A stretch of 64,000 nucleotides of DNA from a virus (IMGVR_UViG_3300025944_000010:3069-67068), one strand, 5' to 3'; shown: positions 45,656 through 55,244, counted from the stretch's first letter. Numbers and translations: made by a program. The notes: generated from the sequence alone by a model not told the origin.

Positions 45656-46690
45656 ATGGCAAGTAAAAAGTCAAAAAAGAAATCAAGCAGGTCAGAGCAA
45701 ATGAGGGCGATGCGTGAAGATGCTCCTACTGCTGGCGAACCTACGGACGTGGAAACTAAGACGCAAAAAAAGAAGCGCGAAGCTGCCGAGAAAAAAGAAA
45801 AACTGAAGGCCGATAAGCAGGCACAAAAGGCCAGAGAAAAACAGCAGCGCGAAGAGAACAAGGCGCAGCGCAAACGTGAGCGCGAAGAAAAGGCCGCAGC
45901 GCGTAAGGCCGAAAAAGAAGCCAAGAAAAAACCCAAGACAGGCGCATTGACTCTTGAGCAAGTTGGCTCATTGGGTGATGGTGCAATCGTGAAAGCATTG
46001 CCTGAATTGTCGGAAGAGCAGAAGATTGTATTGGCCGATAAGGGCGATGCGGAAATCAGGAAGCTGGAAGGGCGATTCATTCAGGCTGCGATCATCATTC
46101 GTCAATTCATGGTTTACGAATTGTGGCGGCTGGCCGTGAATCCTGATACTGGAAATCGCGGGTTCAAATCAATCGAGAAATGGGCGGCAAGCGCGATGCC
46201 GATGTCTCGCTCTGAAAGGTTCAAGGCAATCAAGGTTGCGGAAAATCTCATCCCGCACATTCCTGAAGAAGAACTCAAGAAAATGCCATCGCGCAATCTG
46301 CAATTACTGATTGACGTGCCAAAAACAAAACTTGCTGATCCTGAGATCAGAGAAGCTGCACAGCACTCAGAGAAAAAGCTACGCAAAACTCTGAGCAAAA
46401 AAGCTCCAGAATCTGGAGTAGAAGAAGTTGAGCATTTGATGGTGCCGAAGTCCATCCGTGCAGTGTTCGATGAGGCAATCGAAGCAATCATGGCCTTACA
46501 TGAATTGACGGACAAGTATGAGGCCATGGAAGGGTTAGCTGTTTACTTCATGCAAGGGCAGACGGAAAATCCAAACTTTACAGGCATGAGTAATCGTGAT
46601 GCCTACAATGCCCTGAAAGAACAACAAGAAGAGGGCGAACCCGATCCGGCAACCGAAGAACTGCATGTAAACGGAGAGCAGCAACCTTAA
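45656..46690 (+). CDS. Hypothetical protein with a highly charged K/E/R N-terminus
   Basis: SD GGGAGTGAGG; preceded by TTGACA at 45568 and palindrome 45619. Confidence 0.75.
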   Translation: MASKKSKKKSSRSEQMRAMREDAPTAGEPTDVETKTQKKKREAAEKKEKLKADKQAQKAREKQQREENKAQRKREREEKAAARKAEKEAKKKPKTGALTLEQVGSLGDGAIVKALPELSEEQKIVLADKGDAEIRKLEGRFIQAAIIIRQFMVYELWRLAVNPDTGNRGFKSIEKWAASAMPMSRSERFKAIKVAENLIPHIPEEELKKMPSRNLQLLIDVPKTKLADPEIREAAQHSEKKLRKTLSKKAPESGVEEVEHLMVPKSIRAVFDEAIEAIMALHELTDKYEAMEGLAVYFMQGQTENPNFTGMSNRDAYNALKEQQEEGEPDPATEELHVNGEQQP

Positions 46691-46788
46691 ACAAAATTCG
46701 CGTTCATCCCGCAATGGGGCGAACAATAGCGGAGTAGGTCAATTTTCCCAAGAGTTGATTTACTCCGCTGATAATCTTGGGAGAAAAA

Positions 46789-47292
46789 ATGTCAATTGAA
46801 ATGGATTCGCCGCATCGCTATGTAGTCGGTTTTCTGTTCTCAGAAGATCGTAAAAAACTGGCACTTATCCGCAAGACTCATCCCGAATGGCAAGCGGGAT
46901 TATTGAATGGCCCCGGTGGAAAAGTAGAACCACTGGAGCACGTAACTCGCGCAATGGAGCGAGAATTTTTAGAGGAAACCGGATATCTAAAACCCGATTG
47001 CTCTTGGGAATTGTTCTGTACTATCTCTGGCAATGATGGAAAGTATCATGGTTCCGTGGGCCACAAAAACGGCGAACCATTCACGGTTTATTTTTTCTAC
47101 GCAACAGGAGAACTGAATAAACTGGAAAGCAAGACGGAAGAAAAAATAGAGATCATTGGCGTTTGCGATTTAGTGCTTGAGCGCACAGTATCAAATCTGC
47201 AATGGCTAATCCCAATGGCCTTATCAATGAATCTATCGCCATGCGAAACTTACCAAATAACCGAATCATACATTGCGGAGTTTGGGCGATGA
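46789..47292 (+). CDS. NUDIX hydrolase
   Basis: Nudix box GGKVEPLE....AMEREFLEETG. Confidence 0.88.
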   Translation: MSIEMDSPHRYVVGFLFSEDRKKLALIRKTHPEWQAGLLNGPGGKVEPLEHVTRAMEREFLEETGYLKPDCSWELFCTISGNDGKYHGSVGHKNGEPFTVYFFYATGELNKLESKTEEKIEIIGVCDLVLERTVSNLQWLIPMALSMNLSPCETYQITESYIAEFGR

Positions 47293-48509
47293 GCAGCCAA
47301 AAAGTCTCACCGCAAGACTCTACATTGTTTCAGCCATCGCTAGATGGATTGAGGGCGAAGTCCACCGGAAAGTACCGCGAACTAATAAAACCGATCATCA
47401 AAAAACTTTTGCCCTTGTCGGATGATGAGCGCATCGTAGCTATCAATGAAATACGCGAGGAGCTACATCTAATCTCGCCGATGAAAGATGAACCTGTAGA
47501 TTTCGTGAGATGGATTCCGGCGGATGATGTTGCGGGCAACGAATACAATCCAAATTCCGTGGCCCCGCCAGAGATGAAATTGCTTGAATTGAGTATAGCC
47601 GCCGATGGCTATACTCAACCAATAGTTACATGGAAAGACGGAGAAAAGATCGAAGTAATAGACGGTTTCCATCGCAATCGAGTAGGCAAGGAATGCAAGG
47701 AAATTCGTAACCGCGTCATGGGGTATCTACCTGTAGTAATTGCCAACGCAGACCGCATAGACAAGAGCGACAGAATGGCTGCTACCGTGCGTCACAATCG
47801 CGCCAGAGGCAAACATAGAGTCGAAGGCATGTCGGACATTGTAGTTGAATTAAAGCGTAGGAACTGGAGCACGGAGCGCATCTGTCGGGAATTAGGCATG
47901 GACGAAGATGAGGTATTGCGCCTATGTCAAATTACTGGCCTGAGCGAACTGTTCCAAGATCAGGAATTTTCAAGATCATGGGACGTGGAAGGAGAGGTGA
48001 CGGAAGCGGACTTTGTTGAATTGACGGACAGGGTTGAAGATTACAGCGATGAGACAGAAAAATTCAGGACTGTAAACACGTCCGATCCTAACCGTATTTT
48101 CCATCGCTACGAAGATTGGGAATGTTACAAAGCTGGTTTCTATGCGACCTGTAAAGATGGATGGTCAAAGAAAGATTGCGAAGAAGCCTATGCGGAATTT
48201 CTGGGCGATACAAAAAAGTTTGCTGCTACTTTGCAAAAGGTAATTACCGAGTGGAAACATTCATGCGAGCACTATCTGACAAACACGGCCATGAATCGCA
48301 TTGCATGGCTAGGGCAAGCATCGGCCTGTTACGAGTTAGGCATCCCGCAAGTATTTCGGGCAGGGTTCCATATCTTGAGTCCCGAGCAACAAATTACGGC
48401 CAATGAAACCGCATTGATTTATCTCAACAAATGGCTAGAGGCAAACAACAGACCATCGGTGACAATGGACGAAGCAATTTCAGGCGAGAGGCAATCGGAG
48501 ATTTACTAA
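47289..48509 (+). CDS. ibrB: IbrB-like ParB/Srx-domain protein with C-terminal extension
   Basis: EPVDFV.WIP...V..N.YNPN.VAPPEM.LL..SI..DGYTQPIV, VIDGFHR, HNRARGKH. Confidence 0.8.
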   Translation: MSSQKVSPQDSTLFQPSLDGLRAKSTGKYRELIKPIIKKLLPLSDDERIVAINEIREELHLISPMKDEPVDFVRWIPADDVAGNEYNPNSVAPPEMKLLELSIAADGYTQPIVTWKDGEKIEVIDGFHRNRVGKECKEIRNRVMGYLPVVIANADRIDKSDRMAATVRHNRARGKHRVEGMSDIVVELKRRNWSTERICRELGMDEDEVLRLCQITGLSELFQDQEFSRSWDVEGEVTEADFVELTDRVEDYSDETEKFRTVNTSDPNRIFHRYEDWECYKAGFYATCKDGWSKKDCEEAYAEFLGDTKKFAATLQKVITEWKHSCEHYLTNTAMNRIAWLGQASACYELGIPQVFRAGFHILSPEQQITANETALIYLNKWLEANNRPSVTMDEAISGERQSEIY

Positions 48510-49721
48510 ATGGCCGTTAAGCGATACCACGATACAAACGTGCTAGAAGCTGCAAGGGAAAGAATCGGCCTAGCTCTGGACAATACGGAACGATCCTATA
48601 TTGCCCTGAGTGGCGGCAAGGATTCAACTGTTCTACTCCATTTGGTAATGGAGCAAGCGATTAAGCGCGGTAAAAAAGTTGCGGTAATGTTTATTGACTT
48701 TGAAGCGCAGTATCAGGAAACAATCCGACACCTACAAGAATTGTTTGAAATGTACGAGGATCACATCGAAGCGCACTGGATTTGTATTCCCATGCTACTT
48801 CGTAATGCTGTAACAAACTATGAGCCTCGCTGGATATGCTGGGACAGGAACAAAGAGGATATCTGGATAAGGCAAAAACCGTATTACTGTAAGACTGAAA
48901 AAGATTACCCATTTGCTCTGGCGGAAATGGAATTTGAGGAATTTATTGTCCTGTTTGGAGAGTGGTACAGCCAAGGTAAAAAGACGGCGGCATTCATCGG
49001 CATACGGGCGCAAGAGAGTCTACATCGCTACTGTGCAATAGCCACATGGGAGAAAAGAAATCTCACGCTTAATGGATGGCGATGGACTACTAAAATTGTG
49101 GACGAAGTTTACAACGTATATCCAATTTACGATTGGTTAACCGAAGACATCTGGCGATACCATGCGATGTATTCAGACAAGCCACATAATCGAATCTATG
49201 ACCGTATGCAGATGGCCGGAGTGCCATTAAGCAATCAGAGGCTATGTCAGCCATTCGGAGACGATCAAAGGCGCGGACTGTGGCTGTATCACATCTTGGA
49301 ACCTGAAACATGGTTCAAGTTGGTAGCGCGAGTTAATGGAGCAAACTCAGGCGCATTGTATGTACAGGACAAGGGAAACATAACGGGGTACGACAAGATT
49401 ACAAAGCCGCCTAATCACACATGGCGTAGTTTCTGTAATCTCTTGTTACGAACGATGCCAAAAAAGACGCGAGAGCATTACTTGATTCGCTTCAAGAAAT
49501 TCATCAAGGGATGGCGAGATCGAGGTTATATTCAGATACCGGATGAGGCTCCGCCAGAGTTAGAGGCTAAATGCTGGGCACCGTCATGGCGAAGGATGTG
49601 CAAGGTGTTGCTGCGCAACGATCATTGGTGCCATGGTTTAGGACAGGCACAGCCGAAGTCCGCTGCTTACAAAAAATGGTTAGAAATAAAAAAACAGAGA
49701 AAACTGGCGCTAAAGGGCTAG
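48510..49721 (+). CDS. ibrA: IbrA-like PAPS-reductase-family protein (DUF3440)
   Basis: SGGKDS PP-loop, GIRA.ESL.R, YPIYDW.TEDIW, QRLCQPFG, PSWRR.CK..L.ND.WC. Confidence 0.85.
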   Translation: MAVKRYHDTNVLEAARERIGLALDNTERSYIALSGGKDSTVLLHLVMEQAIKRGKKVAVMFIDFEAQYQETIRHLQELFEMYEDHIEAHWICIPMLLRNAVTNYEPRWICWDRNKEDIWIRQKPYYCKTEKDYPFALAEMEFEEFIVLFGEWYSQGKKTAAFIGIRAQESLHRYCAIATWEKRNLTLNGWRWTTKIVDEVYNVYPIYDWLTEDIWRYHAMYSDKPHNRIYDRMQMAGVPLSNQRLCQPFGDDQRRGLWLYHILEPETWFKLVARVNGANSGALYVQDKGNITGYDKITKPPNHTWRSFCNLLLRTMPKKTREHYLIRFKKFIKGWRDRGYIQIPDEAPPELEAKCWAPSWRRMCKVLLRNDHWCHGLGQAQPKSAAYKKWLEIKKQRKLALKG

Positions 49722-49724
49722 TAA

Positions 49725-49958
49725 GTGAAACCTGAAACCATCAAACTAAAAGCGCACATCGCAAAAATTGTAGAACCTTTAAGGTTGCGCTGTGAGTTTA
49801 TTTTGCGCAATGGGGACAGGGCTGGTAAAAAATGTGGGAAGCGCGCAAAGAAAACCAGCATCAAAGGTATAGGAAATATGAAATCAAGTCTCTGCTGGAG
49901 ACACAGAAAGTTATTGCAAAGAGAATATATTGCCGATATAGTTCCTGAAGAGAGTTAG
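49725..49958 (+). CDS. Small basic Cys/His protein
   Basis: C.......G..C......LCWRH. Confidence 0.55.
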   Translation: MKPETIKLKAHIAKIVEPLRLRCEFILRNGDRAGKKCGKRAKKTSIKGIGNMKSSLCWRHRKLLQREYIADIVPEES

Positions 49959-49962
49959 CAAA

Positions 49963-50451
49963 ATGACTAGCCCACTCATAGCGATTGACAGCATTTCATT
50001 CACGGCGTTCTGCACTCCAGAGCCACAGGGGTCAATGAAGGCTTTCATCCCAAAGGGCTGGAGTCGCGCAATCGTTACCAGCGACAATAAGGATTTGAAA
50101 TCATATCGTCAGGAAGTGGCCAAAGCTTCCTTGGTGGAAAGAAATAAAATTGGTTTCAATGATGTTCTATTCGCCAAGCACTCGCCAGTGGCCATATTGC
50201 TTAAATTCTTTTTCTTGAAACCTGAATCAGTATCCAGAAAAAGAACACAGCATGTAGTTAGGCCCGACCTGTCGAAGCTCATTAGGGCCACCGAAGACGC
50301 GCTAACAGGGATCATTTACACGGATGACGCGCAGATAGTTTCAATCAAGGCGGAAAAGTTTTATGGATTGCCGGAGAGGGTAGAGGTTACGGTAAGCGGG
50401 AAGGTTTCAGAAATTCCGCAATCTCTATTTATTGCTCAAGATGATTTCTAA
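49963..50451 (+). CDS. rusA: RusA-like Holliday junction resolvase
   Basis: P.PQGS, RPDLSKLIRA.EDALTGI.Y.DDAQIV....EK.Y. Confidence 0.85.
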   Translation: MTSPLIAIDSISFTAFCTPEPQGSMKAFIPKGWSRAIVTSDNKDLKSYRQEVAKASLVERNKIGFNDVLFAKHSPVAILLKFFFLKPESVSRKRTQHVVRPDLSKLIRATEDALTGIIYTDDAQIVSIKAEKFYGLPERVEVTVSGKVSEIPQSLFIAQDDF

Positions 50452-50653
50452 AACATACAGCACGGAAGAAATTCAAAGGCTAGCGATGTCAGATGATCTA
50501 TTCATGCCTGAATCCATCTCGCTTGAGCCTGAAGGAAAAAGTCTTACCGTAAGACTGCCCGATAAATTCAAGCACTTAAATAAAAAATCATTGATAACCA
50601 TTCCGGCATTCAATGAAGATTTAGAGTACGAAAAAGAATTTCTACTGCTATAA
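50432..50653 (+). CDS. Hypothetical protein
   Basis: Contains perfect palindrome 50541 in frame (KSLTVRL). Confidence 0.45.
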   Translation: MLKMISKTYSTEEIQRLAMSDDLFMPESISLEPEGKSLTVRLPDKFKHLNKKSLITIPAFNEDLEYEKEFLLL

Positions 50654-50680
50654 TTAATTTGCTAATCGAAAGGAAAATGA

Positions 50681-51172
50681 ATGAGAAATAAATCAAAGTA
50701 TCTGGCAAGTGTTATAGCAATCGTTTTGCTTGTGGGATGCGCGAAGCTTCATCGCACCTCGAATGCTGATGGAACTCCTACAGCTCCGATAACTTCACTT
50801 GAAAAAGTCAATGCCGACAATGCGCAAATTTCAGTTCACAATCATGCGGTAGCGGAGTCGCTGGTAGCGATTCACCAGAACGGGATGATCGAAAATGAGT
50901 ACTTCGATAAACTCTCTGCTGGACAAATCAAGATCACGCGTATCCATGAACAGCTGACTCCTCTATTGGCGCAACCTGTAGCTGCCAATGCGGCCCAAAT
51001 CAAGGGACTCCTGAAAGAGATTAACGACATCGGAACGCAGATGGTAGCGGATGGAACGGCAGGGGTAAAAGACCCGACATCCCAGAAAGCAATTACCAGC
51101 GAAGTTCAATCAATCATCACGCTTGCCAATTCTATTCTGTCCACTCTTTCGACTACTGGAGTGTTGAAATGA
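50681..51172 (+). CDS. Putative lipoprotein
   Basis: MRNKSKYLASVIAIVLLVG|C lipobox; helical body. Confidence 0.75.
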   Translation: MRNKSKYLASVIAIVLLVGCAKLHRTSNADGTPTAPITSLEKVNADNAQISVHNHAVAESLVAIHQNGMIENEYFDKLSAGQIKITRIHEQLTPLLAQPVAANAAQIKGLLKEINDIGTQMVADGTAGVKDPTSQKAITSEVQSIITLANSILSTLSTTGVLK

Positions 51173-51375
51173 GCGAAGTAAATTTCGCTCAAGGATATGA
51201 AGTAGGCAACCAGAACATTCGCATTACCTACGAAAATCTCAACCCCATGGAACCAGAATCAAGATTTCCAATGATATACAAAATGCAAGAAGATGGTTCA
51301 GTGAAAGCGTTAAATCTTACTCCAGATGAAGGGCGTTTTGTAGCTCGCAAATTGAGTGAAATGTTTCACAAGTAA
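51169..51375 (+). CDS. Hypothetical protein
   Basis: ATGA overlap with the previous gene. Confidence 0.55.
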   Translation: MSEVNFAQGYEVGNQNIRITYENLNPMEPESRFPMIYKMQEDGSVKALNLTPDEGRFVARKLSEMFHK

Positions 51376-51404
51376 AATCTGAAAAAATCAGCAAGGAGAA
51401 TTTT

Positions 51405-51632
51405 ATGGCAGCATCTTTATCCGGCGATACCGCATTGAAACTGGCCGCACTCATCGCGGCACTCACGGCGATTGGAGTGGAAGACCTTAACGCGATTCGT
51501 TCCATTGACACGCTTGGCCCTGTAGTGGCTGACAACGTGGCAAGCCTACAGGCTACGGCAAAACAGTTTGACGATGCCACGATTCAGGTTCTCAATTCGG
51601 AGCGCGTGGCGGCAGGACTTCCGGCGCTATAA
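51405..51632 (+). CDS. Small helical protein
   Basis: SD AGGAG. Confidence 0.65.
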   Translation: MAASLSGDTALKLAALIAALTAIGVEDLNAIRSIDTLGPVVADNVASLQATAKQFDDATIQVLNSERVAAGLPAL

Positions 51633-52042
51633 TGCACTCTCTTTACCTTATTGCCACAATAAGCTTAAGTGGTGTGACTGCTGGCAAGGTAGCTGGAATA
51701 ATTGCCAGCGTGTATACCATTCTGCAAGTGGTTAAGAAAACATTCCCCGTTGTAACTGGCCGCTGGGCATTGGCGATAAATATCGGCTTGTCGATTGGGG
51801 CAGTGGCAATAGTCTTACCGCCAGACAAAATGTTTTCCATGGAATCATTCACTGCTTTGGCGATTGCCGGGATATCGGCAATGGGAAGCGCGGGAATCCA
51901 CGGAACGGTACAGAACGTGGCTCCTGCGGCATTGCAGAACGTATTGGGTCAAGGAAATAGCGCGGACGCGCCACAAGGCGATTCTGCGATAGTACAGGCT
52001 ATCCCAGCGCAAGGCAAGACTTCCAAATACAATCCAGATTGA
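51632..52042 (+). CDS. Holin-like multi-TM protein
   Basis: Three hydrophobic segments and a polar C-terminal tail. Confidence 0.55.
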   Translation: MHSLYLIATISLSGVTAGKVAGIIASVYTILQVVKKTFPVVTGRWALAINIGLSIGAVAIVLPPDKMFSMESFTALAIAGISAMGSAGIHGTVQNVAPAALQNVLGQGNSADAPQGDSAIVQAIPAQGKTSKYNPD

Positions 52043-52049
52043 GGGATTT

Positions 52050-52223
52050 ATGACCGAGGAGTTTAAGGCTTATCAGGATGCGGTAGTGCAATTCGGCGCA
52101 TCCACTGAAAACCTGAATAAATGCAGGGCCGCGTTACATGCTGCAATCGACAAGAAAGCAGCGGAAGTTGGAGCGCAAGCGGCTTCCGATACTGGAGTGA
52201 AGCCAGCGGGTAGCGGCCAATGA
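52050..52223 (+). CDS. Small coiled-coil protein
   Basis: SD GAGGG; MTEEFKAYQDAVVQF...; ATGA overlap with next gene. Confidence 0.5.
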   Translation: MTEEFKAYQDAVVQFGASTENLNKCRAALHAAIDKKAAEVGAQAASDTGVKPAGSGQ

Positions 52224-52477
52224 ATCACGTAGATCATTCGATGTTCGTAATCCAAGAAAGGATAAAGAGAATCATGGTTGAGTTTGAAGCCCTGAAAGAA
52301 GCTGTACCGAAGTTGATTCAAGCATTGAAAGATGAACGCGCCAAGAATTCCCAATTGACGCAGCAGTTAAGCAATCCACCTGCACCCGATCCGGCACCAG
52401 AGGATGTGGCTGCATTGACGACAGAAATTACGGATGTACTCAATACCCCAGCAGTAGCCGCTACTCCTGCCCCGTAA
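52220..52477 (+). CDS. Small coiled-coil / Pro-rich protein
   Basis: Coiled coil then PPAPDPAP; followed by terminator. Confidence 0.6.
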   Translation: MNHVDHSMFVIQERIKRIMVEFEALKEAVPKLIQALKDERAKNSQLTQQLSNPPAPDPAPEDVAALTTEITDVLNTPAVAATPAP

Positions 52478-52500
52478 AACACTTCCAAAAATCCAATCTC

Positions 52501-52538
52501 AAAGCCTCAATGTAAGCATTTTGAGGCTTTTCTTTTTG
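52501..52538 (+). terminator. Intrinsic terminator
   Basis: AAAGCCTCAA-tgtaagcatt-TTGAGGCTTT followed by TCTTTTT. Confidence 0.8.
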
Positions 52539-52551
52539 CTCAAAATAATTG

Positions 52552-52580
52552 TTGACAAGGTTAACAAAATAACTTAAAGT
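52552..52580 (+). promoter_or_regulatory. sigma70 promoter with embedded operator
   Basis: TTGACA-17-TAAAGT; GTTAACAAAATAAC at 52560-52573. Confidence 0.8.
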
Positions 52581-52618
52581 GTATTCATACGCTAATCAAG
52601 CGTAAGAGGAGATTAAAA

Positions 52619-53479
52619 ATGTCAGCACATAATTTTACAGTTGGAACACCAATGAATCGGGCGCAATACCCACTAACCATTGATGCCATAGCAAAAACCT
52701 GCCCTTCGGCACTGGCGACAACGCAACACGAATCACGGTCAGATCGTTATCAGTACATCCCGACATTGGAAGTGATTCGCGGGATGGAAAAAGCCGGATT
52801 TGTTCCGTTCTCTGCCACGCAGTCGAGAACACGGATTGAGGGACGCAGGGACTTTACAAAGCACATGATTCGCTTCCGCCATGCCGATATGATTTCAGCG
52901 TTACGAGTGGGAGATTCTCTGGCAGAAATCGTGCTGGTAAATTCTCACGATGGGTCATCCGCGTATAAGTTGATGGCGGGATTATTCCGGCTGGTTTGCT
53001 CCAATGGTCTGATTATTGCCGATGGAATGGTGGACTCAGTGACCGTGAGGCATCAAGGAAACATCGTACATGAAGTAATCGAAGGTTCAACACGCATTAT
53101 TCAGAATGCGCCTAAGTTGACTGAGGCTGTAAACAAGTGGTCAAACCTGCAATTGACTCAAGGCGAGCAAGCAGCATTCGCGGAATCAGCAAGAACTCTA
53201 CGCTTTGCCGATTCCGAAGGCGAAACACATACGCCAATCACAGCAGAAATGCTGCTCCGTCCACGGCGCAATGATGACGCGAAACCAGATCTCTGGCACA
53301 CGTTCAACCGTGTTCAAGAGAATGTAATCAAGGGCGGATTGTCGGCAATGGGAAAAGACAAGCAGGGCCATCGCCGTCGCACTACTACCCGCGAAGTCAA
53401 AGGCATTGACCAAGACGTGAAATTGAATAAGGCACTCTGGCAGCTTGCGGAGCGCATGGCGGAATTGAAATCCGCTTAA
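52619..53479 (+). CDS. DUF932/DUF945-family protein
   Basis: RSDRYQYIPT..V..GM.K.GF.P, TKHM.RFR, L.NSHDGSS.Y....G.FR.VCSNG, DLW..FNR.QEN..KGG, D.D.KLN.ALW.LAE. Confidence 0.9.
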   Translation: MSAHNFTVGTPMNRAQYPLTIDAIAKTCPSALATTQHESRSDRYQYIPTLEVIRGMEKAGFVPFSATQSRTRIEGRRDFTKHMIRFRHADMISALRVGDSLAEIVLVNSHDGSSAYKLMAGLFRLVCSNGLIIADGMVDSVTVRHQGNIVHEVIEGSTRIIQNAPKLTEAVNKWSNLQLTQGEQAAFAESARTLRFADSEGETHTPITAEMLLRPRRNDDAKPDLWHTFNRVQENVIKGGLSAMGKDKQGHRRRTTTREVKGIDQDVKLNKALWQLAERMAELKSA

Positions 53480-53534
53480 GTGTTGCTACTGGCCATTGTC
53501 TAATCAGCAATGGCCAGAATGGAGAACTTAAGCC

Positions 53535-53774
53535 ATGACCGACACACTCAAAGAAATGATCCATGCTGGCGATTGGCTAGAAGTAGCGAAGGCCATCACG
53601 CGAGAGCACGTCAAGCAGCATAATGGATTGACCATCGAGCAATTGATTGGCGCAGTTGAAAACGCTGAATTGGCCGAGCAGTACCGATTGGAAGAACAGG
53701 ACGCAGCCGAGGAAGGCGCGGCGATTGAAGCCAGCGGTTATCCTGACCCTGCTTACGAAAGAAACGGCAGATGA
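53535..53774 (+). CDS. Hypothetical acidic protein
   Basis: SD GGAG; after hairpin 53489-53517. Confidence 0.6.
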   Translation: MTDTLKEMIHAGDWLEVAKAITREHVKQHNGLTIEQLIGAVENAELAEQYRLEEQDAAEEGAAIEASGYPDPAYERNGR

Positions 53775-53954
53775 ATACGCAGGACAGGGAAGCGAGTTGC
53801 GGGATACTTATTGGCCTAACTATAGCAGCGTCAGCTTTCACAGTAGGATTTATCGTTTACTGGATTGTGAGATTGGGGACGTAAAAATGAAACTAAGTTT
53901 CACCGTAATACTATTTGTTTGCCGTAGTTTGATAACCAAGCTAGAATATTATCC

Positions 53955-54242
53955 ATGGCAAACAAGATAGCAGCGGTGACGAAAACAAAGCGCTCCCCCG
54001 GACGACCGAAGGAATCCTTTGTAGACAATTCGGCAAAGGCCAAGGCGTTTGGATTCAAGTTGAAGCGGTTCAGGGCGGCGAACGGGTTAACTCAGGAGAA
54101 GATGGGAAAACTCATGCGAATCAATGGGGACGCTATACCTAGCAAGATTGTAATAGCGCGATGGGAAGCTGGGAAACATGCTCCACAAAGAAGATATGTT
54201 GAGAAGCTGGACAAGCTGGTTACGGATTACTTTAAACCATAG
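53955..54242 (+). CDS. XRE-family HTH transcriptional regulator
   Basis: LKRFR..NGLTQEKMG.LM......IARWEAG...P. Confidence 0.82.
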   Translation: MANKIAAVTKTKRSPGRPKESFVDNSAKAKAFGFKLKRFRAANGLTQEKMGKLMRINGDAIPSKIVIARWEAGKHAPQRRYVEKLDKLVTDYFKP

Positions 54243-54302
54243 CGCAATCGTCCACAAATGGCCTGAGAGCCATCCGTAGGGCATAAGTAAGGGATTATCG
54301 GC

Positions 54303-54560
54303 ATGGAGCAAATCGAAGGCGTTAAACGCGATGTGTCGAGATCGGTAAAAGTTAGCAAGTTATTCTCCAACTGCGAGAAGCGTCCTGCTATAACAATGAT
54401 TCGGCGTAGGCTGGTTAAAACACATCGCCATGATCTTTGCCGGAAATGTTGGAAGTCGGGAAACGACAGCAGGCGATATGAAATCCAAGAAGCCCTTGCG
54501 GAAAATATCAGAGAAACGCAGGAAAGAGATAGCCTCAAACGGATTGCGGCTGGGGTATAA
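54303..54560 (+). CDS. Small Cys-rich protein
   Basis: C..R.......HDLCRKCW. Confidence 0.55.
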   Translation: MEQIEGVKRDVSRSVKVSKLFSNCEKRPAITMIRRRLVKTHRHDLCRKCWKSGNDSRRYEIQEALAENIRETQERDSLKRIAAGV

Positions 54561-55065
54561 CAGCACGATCAGGAGAAAGCCATGCAATGCGATAACTGCG
54601 GAAAAGAAGTCATCGTTAACGAATTTGGAAACATTAAGCCCGATGGAGTCTGGCCAAACGCATACGGATTCATATTCTGCGGGTTTGATCCAACACAGAA
54701 AGACATTTCACAGGAAACCTGTCAAGAAATATTTGAACGCAAACTTTGGGAAAAAGCTCAAGCCGATAAACAGGCAGAGCACAAAACAGAAAGCGCGGCT
54801 CCAGAAGCTAGCGGCGATCAGGCTGAAATGGTGGAACGAGGCACAGTCTCGCGGTAAGACTTTAATCTGCGGGATATGCGACGAACCGATATGGACGTTT
54901 GAGGATTTAGCAAGCGATCACATAATTCCCGGCAACCCTAGAGACGATTCGGAAAGCAATTTACAACCTGCGAATCAATTGTGCAATTTGCTAAAAGGGA
55001 GCCAAAGGAATTTTAAGATAGTACGAGGGGATCGTAACTGGAAACTTATTCATGGGATGTTATGA
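54430..55065 (+). CDS. HNH endonuclease-like protein (true start uncertain, likely downstream)
   Basis: CGIC...DHIIP......NLQPANQLCN.LKG. Confidence 0.7.
   Translation: MIFAGNVGSRETTAGDMKSKKPLRKISEKRRKEIASNGLRLGYNSTIRRKPCNAITAEKKSSLTNLETLSPMESGQTHTDSYSAGLIQHRKTFHRKPVKKYLNANFGKKLKPINRQSTKQKARLQKLAAIRLKWWNEAQSRGKTLICGICDEPIWTFEDLASDHIIPGNPRDDSESNLQPANQLCNLLKGSQRNFKIVRGDRNWKLIHGML
54582..54857 (+). CDS. Hypothetical protein
   Basis: SD AGGAG; CDNC; overlaps the HNH frame. Confidence 0.5.
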   Translation: MQCDNCGKEVIVNEFGNIKPDGVWPNAYGFIFCGFDPTQKDISQETCQEIFERKLWEKAQADKQAEHKTESAAPEASGDQAEMVERGTVSR

Positions 55066-55244
55066 ATGTCGTATTAATTTCAAGTTTAGAAAGGGCCGCA
55101 ATATTTATGCAGGCAGTGTTAGATAAAATCACGGAAAGAATAGAGCAGGATCGCCAGATGGTGGAGTTTCATTCAATATATTGCCCATGCGAACGCTGCA
55201 CATTGCAGCGCGAGAAAGAGAAAGAGCGCAGAGATAAGAAGTAA
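55062..55244 (+). CDS. Hypothetical protein
   Basis: Coupled ORF with H...C.C..C. Confidence 0.5.
   Translation: MNVVLISSLERAAIFMQAVLDKITERIEQDRQMVEFHSIYCPCERCTLQREKEKERRDKK

Noticed and set aside
54430-55065. HNH as a mobile intron or homing element
   Set aside because: It does not interrupt a gene and lies upstream of terS, as ordinary packaging-associated HNH genes do.
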